Shown here: positions 51,401-64,000 of the stretch, piece by piece | Numbering within the stretch: the stretch's first letter is position 1 | Layout: each line of letters begins with the position of its first letter | Assembly: GCA_964016885.1 (NCBI GenBank) | Contig: OZ024756.1 | Span: 43,028,001 to 43,092,000 of the forward strand | Source: Eledone cirrhosa | Taxonomy: Eukaryota | Length of the DNA: 64,000 nt | Reading direction: 5' to 3' | Position numbers and translations under genes: made by a program | Notes under the pieces: generated by a model | What the model was told of the DNA's origin: nothing | What the model saw: the letters and a program-made list of their open reading frames with translations, nothing else | Database searches by the model: none

Positions 51401-54400
51401 ACACACTAGAGACAGACATTGGATACACACTAGAGACAGACATTGGACACACACCAGAAACAGACATTGGACAGACATTGGACACACACTAGAGATAGAC
51501 ATTGGACACACACTAGAGACAGACATTGGACACACACACTAGAGACAGACATTGGACACACACTAGAGACAGACATCGGGGACACACACTAGAGACAGAC
51601 ATTGGACACACACTAGAGACAGACATTGGACACACACACTAGAGTCAGACATTGGACACACACTAGAGACAGACATTGGACACACACACTAGAGACAGAA
51701 ATTAGACACACACTAGAGACAGACATTGGACACACACTAGTGACAGACATTGGACACACACTAGAGACCGTCATTGGACACACACTAGAGACAGACATTG
51801 GACACACACTAGACAGACATTGGACACACAATAGAGACAGACATTGGACACACACTAGAGAGAGACATTAGACACATACCAGAGACAGTCATTGGACACA
51901 CACTAGCGACAGACATTGGACACACACTAGAGACAGACATTTGACACACACACTAGAGACAGACATTGGACAAACACACTAGAGACAGACATTGGACACA
52001 CACTAGATACAGACATTGGACCCACACTAGAGACATATATTGGACACACACTAGAGACAGACATTGGACACACACTAGAAACAGACATTGGACACACACT
52101 AGATACAGACATTGGACACACACTAGAGACAGCCATTGGACACACACTAAAGACAGACATTGGACACACACTAGATACAGACATTGGACACACAGACTAG
52201 AGACAGACATTGGACGCACCCACTAGAGAAAAACATTGGACACACACTAGAGACAGACATTTGACACACACTAGAGACAGATATTGGATACACACTATAT
52301 ACAGACATTGGACAGACACACTATATACAGACATTGGACACACACTAGAGACAGACATTGGACACACACTAGAGACAGACATTGGATACACACTAGATAC
52401 AGACATTGGACACACACTAGAGACAGACATTGGACACACACACTAGAGACAAACATTGGACACACACACTAGAGACAGACATTGGACACACACTAGAGAC
52501 CGAGATTGGAGACACACTAGTGCCAGACATTGGACAGACACTAGAGACAGACATTGGACACACACTAGAGACAGACATTGGATACACAGGAGAGACAGAC
52601 ATTGGATACACACTAGAGACAGACATTGGACACACACCAGAAACAGACATTGGACACACACTAGAAACAGACATTGGACACACACTAGAGATAGACATTG
52701 GACACACACTAGAGACAGACATTGGACGCACACAAGAGACAGACATTGGACACACACACTAGAGACAGACATTGGACACACACACTAGAGACAGACATTG
52801 GACACACACTAGAGACAGACATCGGACACACACACTAGAGACAGACATGTGACACACACTAGAGACAGACATTGGACACACACACTAGAGTCAGACATTG
52901 GACACACACTAGAGACAGACATTGGACACACACTAGTGACAGACATTGGACACACACTAGAGACAGACATTGGACACACACTAGAGACAGACATTGGACA
53001 CACACTAGACAGACATTGGACACACAATAGAGACAGACATTGGACACACACTAGCGACAGACATTGGACACACACTAGAGACAGACATTTGACACACACA
53101 CTAGAGACAGACATTGGACAAACACACTAGAGACGGACATTGGACACACACTAGATACAGACATTGGACCCACACTAGAGACATATATTGGACACACACT
53201 AGAGACAGACATTGGACACACACTAGAAACAGACATTGGACACACACTAGATACAGACATTGGACACACACTAGAGACAGCCATTGGACACACACACTAG
53301 AGAAAAACATTGGACACACACTAGAGACAGACATTGGATACACATTATATACAGACATTGGACAGACACACTAGAGACAGACATTGGACTCACACTAGAG
53401 ACAGACATTGGACACACACTAGAGACAGACATTGGATACACACTAGATACAGACATTGGACACACACTAGGGACAGACATTGGACACACACACTAGAGAC
53501 AAACATTGGACACACACACTAGAGACAGACATTGGACACACACTAGAGACAGACATTGGACACATACTAGAGACAGACATTGGATACACACTAGAGACAG
53601 ACATTGGACACACACCAGAAACAGACATTGGACACACACTAGAAACAGACATTGGACACACACTAGATACAGACATTGGACACACACTAGGGACAGACAT
53701 TGGACACACACACTAGAGACAAACATTGGACACACACACTAGAGACAGACATTGGACACACACCAGAAACAGACATTGGACACACACTAGAGACAGACAT
53801 TGGACACACACTTGAGACAGACATTGGACACACACTAGAGACAGACATGGGACACACACTAGAGACAGACATTGGACACACACACTAGAGACAGACATTG
53901 GACACACACACTAGAGACAGACATTGGACACACACCAGAGACAGACATTGGACACACACACTAGAGACAGACATTGGACACACACTAGAGACAGACATTG
54001 GACACACACAAGAGACAGACATTGGACACACACACTAGAGACAGACATTGGACACACACTAGAGACAGACATTGGACACACACACTAGAGACAGACATTG
54101 GACACACACACTAGAGACAGAAATTAGACGCACACTAGAGACAGACATTGGACACGCACACTAGAGACAGACATTGGACACACACACTAGAGACAGACAT
54201 TGGACACACACTAGAGACAGACATTGGACACACACTAGTGACAGACATTGGACACACACTAGAGACAGACATTGGACACACACTAGAGACAGACATTGGA
54301 CACACACTAGTGACAGACATTGGACACACACTAGAGACAGACATTGGGCACACACTAGAAACAGACATTGGACACACACTAGAGACAGACATTGGACACA

Positions 54401-54579
54401 CAATAGAGACAGACATTGGACACATACCAGAGACAGACATTTGACACACACTAGCGACAGACATTGGACACACACTAGATACAGACATTGGACCCACACT
54501 AGAGACATATATTGGACACACACTAGATACAGACATTGGACACACACTAGATACAGACATTGGACACACACTAGAGAGA

Positions 54580-55170
54580 CATTGGACACACACTAGAGAC
54601 AGACATTGGACACACACTACAGACAGACATTCGAGACACACTAGAGAGAGAAATTGGACACACATTGGAGACAGACATTGGACACACACTAGAAACGAAC
54701 ATTGGAGACACACTAGAGACAGACATTGGGCGCACACTAGATACAGACATTGGACACACACTAGAGACAGACATTGGACACACACTAGAGACAGACATTG
54801 GACACACACTAGATACAGACATTGGACACACACTAGACACAGACATTGGATACACACTAGATACAGACATTGGACACACACTAGAGACAGACATTGGACA
54901 CACACTACAGACAGACATTCGAGACACACTAGACAGAGAAATTGGACACACATTGGAGACAGACATTGGACACACACTAGAAACGAACATTGGAGACACA
55001 CTAGAGACAGACATTGGGCGCACACTAGATACAGACATTGGACACACACTAGAGACAGACATTGGACACACACTAGAGACAGACATTGGACACACACTAG
55101 ATACAGACATTGGACACACACTAGACACAGACATTGGATACACACTAGATACAGACATTGGACACACACT
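54580..55170 (+). repeat. 288-bp (12-monomer) tandem duplication
   Basis: TCGAG at 54631 and 54919. Both copies carry CATTGGAGAC, GAAACGAACATTGGAG, TTGGGCGCAC and CTAGACACAG variants. Confidence 0.9.
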
Positions 55171-56389
55171 AGAGACAGACATTGGACACACACTAGAGAC
55201 AGACATTGGACACACACTAGAGACAGACATTGGACACACACTAGATACAGACATTGGACACACACTAGAGACAGACATTGGACACACACCAGAGACAGAC
55301 ATTGGACACACACACTAGAGACATACATTGGAGACACACTAGAGACAGACATTGGGCACACACTAGAGACAGACATTGGACACTCACTAGAGACAGACAT
55401 TGGACACACACTAGAGACAGACAGTGGACACACACACTAGAGACAGACATTGGACACACACTAGACAGACATTGGACACACAATAGAGACAGACATTGGA
55501 CACACACTAGAGAGAGACATTAGACACATACCAGAGACAGACATTGGACACACACTAGCGACAGACATTGGACACACACTAGAGACAGACATTTGACACA
55601 CACACTAGAGACAGACATTGGACACACACTAGAGACAGACATTGGACACATACTAGAGACAGACATTGGACACACACTAGAGATAGACATTGGAAACACA
55701 CTAGAGACAGCCATTGGACACACACTAGAGACAGACATTGGACACACACACTAGAGACAGACATTGGACACACACTAGAGACAGACATCGGACACACACA
55801 CTAGAGACAGACATTGGACACACACTAGAGACAGACATTGGACACACACACTAGAGTCAGACATTGGACACACACTAGAGACAGACATTGGACACACACA
55901 CTAGAGACAGAAATTAGACACACACTAGAGACAGACATTGGACACACACTAGTGACAGACATTGGACACACACTAGAGACATATATTGGACACACACTAG
56001 AGACAGACATTGGACACACACTAGAGACAGACATTGGACACACACTAGAGACAGACATTGGACACACACTAGATACAGACATTGGACACACACTAGAGAC
56101 AGCCATTGGACACACAGTAGTGACAGACATTGGACACACACTAGATACAGACATTGGACACACAGACTAGAGACAGACATTGGACGCACTCACTAGAGAC
56201 AGACATTGGACACACACTAGAGACAGACATTGGACACACACTAGAGACAGACATTGGATACACACTATATACAGACATTGGACAGACACACTAGTGACAG
56301 ACATTGGACTCACACTAGAGACAGACATTGGACACACACTAGAGACAGACATTGGATACACACTAGATACAGACATTGGACACACACTA

Positions 56390-59300
56390 GAGACAGACAT
56401 TGGACACACACACTAGAGACAAACATTGGACACACACACTAGAGACAGACATTGGACACACACTAGAGACAGAGATTGGAGACACACTAGTGACAGACAT
56501 TGGACACACACTAGAGACAGACATTGGACACACACTAGAGACAGACATTGGATACACAGGAGAGACAGACATTGGACACACACCAGAGACAGACATTGGA
56601 CACACACACTAGAGACAGGCATTGGACACACACTAGAGACAGACATTGGACACACACTAGAGACAGACATTGGATACACACTAGAGACAGACATTGGACA
56701 CACACCAGAAACAGACATTGGACACACACTAGAAACAGACATTGGACACACAATAGAGATAGACATTGGACACACACTAGAGACAGACATTGGACACACA
56801 CTAGAGACAGACATTGGACACACACAAGAGACAGACATTGGACACACACACTAGAGACAGACATTGGACACACACTAGAGACAGACATTGGACACACATT
56901 AGAGACAGACATTGGACACACACTAGAGACAGACATTGGACACACACACTAGAGTCAGACATTGGACACACACTAGAGACAGACATTGGACACACACACT
57001 AGAGACAGAAATTAGACGCACACTAGAGACAGACATTGGACACACACACTAGAGACAGACATTGGACACACACACTAGAGACAGACATTGGACACACACT
57101 AGAGACAGACATTGGACACACACTAGTGACAGACATTGGACACACACTAGAGACAGACATTGGACACACACTAGTGACAGACATTGGACACACACTAGTG
57201 ACAGACATTGGACACACACTAGAGACAAACATTGGACACACACTAGAGACAGACATTGGACACACACTAGAGACAGACATTGGACCCACACTAGAGACAT
57301 ATATTGGACACACACTAGATACAGACATTGGACACACACTAGAGACAGACATTGGACACACACTAGATACAGACATTGGACACACACAAGAGACAGACAT
57401 TGGACACACACTAGAGACAGACATTGGACACACACTAGAGACAGACATTGGACACACACACTAGAGACAGAAATTAGACGCACACTAGAGACAGACATTG
57501 GACACACACACTAGAGACAGACATTGGACACACACACTAGAGACAGACATTGGACACACACTAGAGACAGACATTGGACACACAATAGAGACAGATATTT
57601 GACACACACTAGAGAGAGTCATTAGACACATACCAGAGACAGACATTGGACACACACTAGCGATAGACATTGGACACACACTAGAGACAGACATTTGACA
57701 CACACACTAGAGACAGACATTGGACACACACTAGATACAGACATTGGACCCACACTAGAGACATATATTGGACACACACTAGATACAGACATTGGACACA
57801 CACTAGAGACAGACATTGGACACACACTAGATACAGACATTGGACACACACAAGAGACAGACATTGGACACACACTAGAGACAGACATTGGACACACACT
57901 AGAGACAGACATTGGACACACACTAGATACAGACATTGGACACACACTAGAGAGACATTGGACACACACTAGAGACAGACATTGGACACACACTAGAAAC
58001 AGCCATTCGAGACACACTAGAGAGAGAAATTGGACACACATTAGGGACAGACATTGGACACACACTAGAGACAGACATTGGACACACACTAGAGACGGAC
58101 ATTGGAGACACACTAGAGACAGACATTGGGCGCACACTAGAGACAGACATTTGACACACACAAGATACAGACATTGGACACACACTAGAGACAGACATTG
58201 GACACACACCAGAGACAGACATTGGACACACACACTAGAGACAGACATTGGGCACACACTAGAGACAGACATTGGACACTCACTAGAGACAGACATTGGA
58301 CACACACAAGAGACAGACATTGGACACACACACTAGAGACAGACATTGGACACACACTAGATACAGACATTAGACACACACTAGAGACAGACATTGGACA
58401 CATACTAGAGACAGACATTGGACACACACACTAGAGACAGACATTGGACACTCACTAGAGACAGACATTGGACACACACTAGAGACAGACATTGGAGACA
58501 CACTAGATATAGACATTGGACACACACTAGAGACAGACATTGGACACACACTAGAGACAGACATTGGACACACACTAGAGACAGAGATTGGACACACACT
58601 AGAGACAGACATTGGACACACACTAGAGACAGACATTGGATACACACTAGAGACAGACATTGGGCACACACCAGAAACAGACATTGGACACACACTAGAA
58701 ACAGACATTGGACACACACTAGAGATAGACATTGGACACACACTAGAGACAGGCATTGGATACACACTAGAGACAGACTTTGGACACACTCACTAGATAC
58801 AGACAATGGACACACACTACAGACAGACATTGGACACACAAACTAGAGACAGAAATTAGACACACACTAGAGACAGACATTGGACACACACACTGGAGAC
58901 AGACATTGGACACACACTAGAGATAGACATTGGACACACAATAGAGACAGATATTGGACACACACTAGAGACAGACTTTGGACACACACACTAGAGTCAG
59001 ACATTGGACACACACTAGAGACAGACATTGGATACACACTAGATACAGACATTGGACACACACTAGAGACATACATTGGACACACACACTAGAGACAAAC
59101 ATTGGACACACACACTAGAGACAGACATTGGACACACACTAGAGACAGAGATTGGAGACACACTAGTGACAGACATTGGACACACACTAGAGACAGACAT
59201 TGGACACACACTAGAGACAGACATTGGATACACAGGAGAGACAGACATTGGACACACACCAGAGACAGACATTGGACACACACACTAGAGACAGGCATTG

Positions 59301-60530
59301 GACACACACTAGAGACAGACATTGGACACACACTAGAGACAGACATTGGATACACACTAGAGACAGACATTGGACACACACCAGAAACAGACATTGAACA
59401 CACACTAGAAACAGACATTGGACACACACTAGAGATAGACATTGGACACACACTAGAGACAGACATTGGACACACACTAGAGACAGACATTGGACACACA
59501 CAAGAGACAGACATTGGACACACACACTAGAGACAGACATTGGACACACACTAGAGACAGACATTGGACACACATTAGAGACAGACATTGGACACACACT
59601 AGAGACAGACATTGGACACACACACTAGAGTCAGACATTGGACACACACTAGAGACAGACATTGGACACACACACTAGAGACAGAAATTAGACGCACACT
59701 AGAGACAGACATTGGACACACACACTAGAGACATACATTGGACACACACACTAGAGACAGACATTGGACACACACTAGAGACAGACATTGGACACACACT
59801 AGTGACAGACATTGGACACACACTAGAGACAGACATTGGACACACACTAGTGACAGACATTGGACACACACTAGTGACAGACATTGGACACACACTAGAG
59901 ACAGACATTGGACACACACTAGAGACAGACATTGGACACACACTAGAGACAGACATTGGACACACAATAGAGACAGACATTTGACACACACTAGAGAGAG
60001 TCATTAGACACATACCAGAGACAGACATTGGACACACACTAGCGATAGACATTGGACACACACTAGAGACAGACATTTGACACACACACTAGAGACAGAC
60101 ATTGGACACACACTAGATACAGACATTGGACCCACACTAGAGACATATATTGGACACACACTAGATACAGACATTGGACACACACTAGAGACAGACATTG
60201 GACACACACTAGATACAGACATTGGACACACACAAGAGACAGACATTGGACACACACTAGAGACAGACATTGGACACACACTAGAGACAGACATTGGACA
60301 CACACTAGATACAGACATTGGACACACACTAGAGAGACATTGGACACACACTAGAGACAGACATTGGACACACACTAGAAACAGACATTCGAGACACACT
60401 AGAGAGAGAAATTGGACACACATTAGGGACAGACATTGGACACACACTAGAGACAGACATTGGACACACACTAGAGACGGACATTGGAGACACACTAGAG
60501 ACAGACATTGGGCGCACACTAGAGACAGAC
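56390..60530 (+). repeat. About 2.7 kb-period duplication with an internal 294-bp indel
   Basis: Offset 2676 (56387/59063, 57023/59699), then 2382 (57622/60004, 57681/60063). Shared GACAGGCATT, GAGAGTCATTAG, TAGCGATAG and TTAGGGAC variants. Confidence 0.87.
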
Positions 60531-60689
60531 ATTGGACACACACTAGAGACAGACATTGGACACGTACTAGAGACAGACATTGGAGACACACTACAGACAG
60601 ATATTGGACACACACTAGAGACAGACATTGGACACACACTAGAGACAGACATTGGACACACACTAGAGACAGACATTGGACACACACTA

Positions 60690-61260
60690 GAGACAGACAT
60701 TGGACACATACTAGAGACAGACATTAGAGACACACTACAGACAAATATTGGACACACACTAGAGACAGACATTGGACACACACTAGAGACAGACATTGGA
60801 CACACACTAGAGACAGACATTGGACAAACACTAGAGACAGACATTGGACACTCACTAGAGACAGACATTGGACACACACACTAGAGACATACATTGGACA
60901 CACACTAGAGACAGACATTGGACTCACTATAGACAGACATTGTACACACACTAGAGACAGACATTGGACACATACTAGAGACAGACATTAGAGACACACT
61001 ACAGACAAATATTGGACACACACTAGAGACAGACATTGGACACACACTAGAGACAGACATTGGACACACACTAGAGACATACATTGGACAAACACTAGAG
61101 ACAGACATTGGACACTCACTAGAGACAGACATTGGACACACACACTAGAGACAGACATTGGACACACACTAGAGACAGACATTGGACACATACTAGAGAC
61201 AGACATTAGAGACACACTACAGACAAATATTGGACACACACTAGAGACAGACATTGGACA
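60690..61260 (+). repeat. Local triplication (264- and 218-bp steps)
   Basis: The private motif ATTAGAGACACACTACAGACAAATATTGG occurs at 60723, 60987 and 61205, each preceded by a CACATACTAG unit. Confidence 0.85.
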
Positions 61261-62379
61261 CACACTAGAGACAGACATTGGACACACACTAGAGACAGAC
61301 ATTAGACACACACTAGAGACAGACATTGGACACACACTAGAGACAGACATTGGACACACACACTAGAGACAGACATTGGACACACACTAGAGACAGACAT
61401 TGGACACACACACTAGAATCAGACATTGGAAACACACTATATACAGACATTGGACACACACTAGAGACAAACATTGGACACACACACTAGAGACAGACAT
61501 TGGACACACACACTAGAGAGTGACATTAGACACACACTAGAGACAGACATTGGATACACACTAGAGACAGACATTGGACACACACTAGAGACAGACATTG
61601 GACACACACTAGAGACAGACATTGGACACACACTAGAGACAGAAATTGGACACACACTAGAGACAGACATTGGACACACACTAGAGACAGACATTGGACA
61701 CACACTAGAGACAGACATTGGAACACACCAGAGACAGACATTGGACACACACTAGAGACAGACATTGGACACACACTAGAGACAGACATTGGACACACTC
61801 TAGAGACAGACATTGGACACACACACTAGAGACAGACATTGGACTCACACTAGAGACAGACATTGGACAAACACTAGAGACAGACATTGGACACTCACTA
61901 GAGACAGACATAAGACACACACTAGAGACAGACATTGGACACACACACTAGAGACAGACATTGGACACACACTAGAGACAGAGTTTGGAGACACTCTAGA
62001 GACAGACATTCGACACACACTAGAGACAGACATTGGACACACACTAGAGACAGACATTGGACACACACTAGAGACAGACATTGGACACACACTAGAGACA
62101 GACATTGGACACACACTAGAGACAGACATTGGATACACACTAGGGACAGACATTGGACACACACCAGAAACAGACATTGGACACACACTAGAAACAGACA
62201 TTGGACACACACTAGAGACAGACATTGGACAAACACTAGAGACAGACATTGGACACTCACTAGAGACAGACATTGGACACACACTAGAGACAGACATTGG
62301 ACACACACTAGAGACAGACATTGGACAAACACTAGAGACAGACATTGGACACTCACTAGAGACAGACATTGGACACACA

Positions 62380-64000
62380 CTAGAGACATACATTGGACAC
62401 ACATAGAGACAGACATTGGACACACACTATAGACAGACATTGGACACACACAATAGAGAAAGACATTGGAAACACAGTAGAGACAGACATTGGACACACA
62501 CTAGAGACAGACATTGGACACATACTAGAGACAGACATTGGACACACACACTAGAGACAGACATTGGACACACACACTAGAGACTGACATTGGACACACA
62601 CTAGAGACAGATATTGGACACACACTAGAGACAGACATTGGACACACACTATAGACAGACATTGGACACAAACTAGAGACAGACATTGGACACCGACTAG
62701 AGACAGAAATTATATATACACTAGAGACAGACATTGGACACACACTAGAGACAGACATTGGATACACACTAGAGACAGACATTGGACACACATTAGAGAC
62801 AGACATTGGACACACACTAGAGACAGACATTGGACACACACTAGATACAGACATTGAACACACACTAGAGACAGACATTGGACACACACACTAGAGAAAT
62901 ACATTGGACACACACTAGAGACAGACATTGGAGACACACTAGAGACAGACATTGGACACACACTAGAGACAGACATTGGACACACACTAGAGACAGACAT
63001 TGGATACACCGTAGAGACAGACATTTGACACACACTAGAGACAGACATTGGGCACACACTAGAGACAGACATTTGACACACACTAGAGACAGACATTGGA
63101 CACACACACTAGTGACAGACATTGGACACACACACTAGTGACAGATATTGAACACACTCTAGAGACAGACATTGGACACACACTAGAGACATACATTGAA
63201 CACACATAGAGACAGACATTGGACAAACACTAGAGACAGACATTGGACACACACTAGAGACATACATTGGACAGACATAGAGACAGACATTGGACACACA
63301 CTATAGACAGACATTGGACACATACAATAGAGAAAGACCTTGGACACACACACTAGAGACTGACATTGAACACACACTAGAGACAGACATTGGATACACA
63401 CTAGAGACAGACATTGGACACACACTAGAGACAGACATTGGACACAAACTAGAGACAGACATTGGACACACACTAGACACAGAAATTGGATATACACTAG
63501 AGACAGACATTGGACACACACTAGAGACAGACATTGGATACACACTAGAGACAGACATTGGACACACACTAGAGACAGACATTGGACACACACTAGATAC
63601 AGACATTGAACACACACTAGAGACAGACATTGGACACACAAACTACAGAAATACATTTGACACACACACTAGAGACAGACATTGGACACACACTAGAGAC
63701 AGACATTGGAGACACACTAGAGACAGACATTGGACACACACTAGAGACAGACATTGGACACACACTAGACACAGACATTGGGCACACACTAGAGACAGAC
63801 ATTGGACACACACTAGAGACAGACATTGGACACACACTAGAGACAGACATTGGATACACAGTAGAGACAGACATTTGACACACACTAGAGACAGACATTG
63901 GGCACACACTAGAGAGAGACATTTGACACACACTAGAGACAGACATTGGACACACACACTAGTGACAGACATTGGACACACACTAGAGACAGACATTGGA
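62380..64000 (+). repeat. Diverged 0.75-0.87 kb duplication at the right end
   Basis: CTATAGAC...CAATAGAGAAAGAC at 62427 and 63301 (offset 874). GATACAGACATTGAAC...GAAATACATT...GTAGAGACAGACATTTGAC recurs at offsets of about 752 and larger. The copies differ at many sites. Confidence 0.75.

Larger units (their letters stand above)
1..64000 (+). repeat. Tandem satellite/minisatellite array, 24-bp monomer CTAGAGACAGACATTGGACACACA (about 2,600 copies, truncated at both window ends)
   Basis: The monomer recurs head-to-tail in one orientation on every line from base 1 to 64000. Most units match consensus or carry 1-2 substitutions. Common length variants are 26 bp (extra CA) and 22 bp (loss of GA or CA). 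Consensus composition is A10 C6 G5 T3 (46% GC, strong A>T skew, no CpG). Confidence 0.99.
22430..64000 (+). repeat. Right domain: second variant family of the same monomer, a mosaic of nested duplications
   Basis: A recurrent cassette (22-mer CTAGACAGACATTGG, then CAATAG, GAGAGAGACATTAG, CATACCAG, TAGCGAC units) first appears at 22833 and recurs in full or part to about 60 kb. GAAATTAG, TTGGAGAC, TTGGGCAC and CATTTGAC variants are common here and rare or absent on the left. Confidence 0.85.

Noticed and set aside
54135-55433. Longest ORF (432 aa, minus strand)
   Set aside because: It arises from compensating 26/22-bp units and a 288-bp duplication without length variants. It switches between repeat frames and contains no non-repeat sequence.
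28-63996. Hundreds of ORFs encoding (LETDIGHT)n, (TRDRHWTH)n, (CPMSVSSV)n and (VCVQCLSL)n, resembling His-rich or Cys-rich repeat proteins
   Set aside because: They follow from a 24-bp unit whose only stop (TAG in CTAG) closes one frame per strand. ORFs overlap on both strands, 26- and 22-bp units shift frame every few hundred bases, and there is no unique N- or C-terminal domain. Starts are simply the repeat's own TTG or ATG.
1-64000. CRISPR array (24-bp repeat is within the CRISPR size range)
   Set aside because: Repeats abut directly with no unique spacers, no leader and no cas genes.
1-64000. Telomerase-made long telomeric repeat (TG-rich minus strand, variable TG run, unit size like some budding yeasts)
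   Set aside because: Variants are copied in kb-scale blocks, which points to recombination rather than templated addition. The length is far beyond such telomeres and the unit matches no telomere motif I recognise. A subtelomeric location is not excluded.
1-64000. Fungal RIP signature (many CA>TA and TG>TA variants)
   Set aside because: Five of six consensus Cs are in CpA anyway, transversion variants (TAGTGAC, GATAC, CTACAG, CAATAG) are also common, and most units are unmutated.
1-64000. Programmed frameshift or phase-variation code formed by the 26-mers
   Set aside because: No promoter, gene context or frame-preserving pattern is visible. Two successive 26-mers at most lead into the stop frame, and block duplication explains their placement.
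1-64000. Inversions, large hairpins, embedded transposons, tRNA/rRNA or G-quadruplex tracts
   Set aside because: None seen. Orientation is constant, only 4-6 bp palindromes occur (CTAG, variant ACTAGT), G runs are mostly GG, and there is no non-repeat insert.

Overview
The whole 64 kb window is one uninterrupted head-to-tail tandem array (satellite/minisatellite DNA) of a 24-bp monomer, consensus CTAGAGACAGACATTGGACACACA (minus strand TGTGTGTCCAATGTCTGTCTCTAG), with roughly 2,600 copies estimated from length. It runs off both ends. I see no unique sequence, strand switch, transposon, RNA gene or credible protein-coding gene. Every ORF in the track is a by-product of a 24-bp (8-codon) unit with four stop-free frames (LETDIGHT, TRDRHWTH, CPMSVSSV, VCVQCLSL), broken by frequent 26-bp (+CA) and 22-bp units. 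The informative signal is the pattern of variant monomers. It shows a 3.2-3.9 kb higher-order repeat (HOR) with layered expansion in 1-19.5 kb, a change of variant family at about 19.5-22.5 kb, a mosaic of nested 0.2-12.8 kb duplications to the right, a divergent island at about 44.0-45.3 kb, and more degenerate units toward the right end. The host, probably a eukaryote, cannot be identified from the sequence. I found no evidence for a new gene-encoded system. Block boundaries were read by eye and are approximate.
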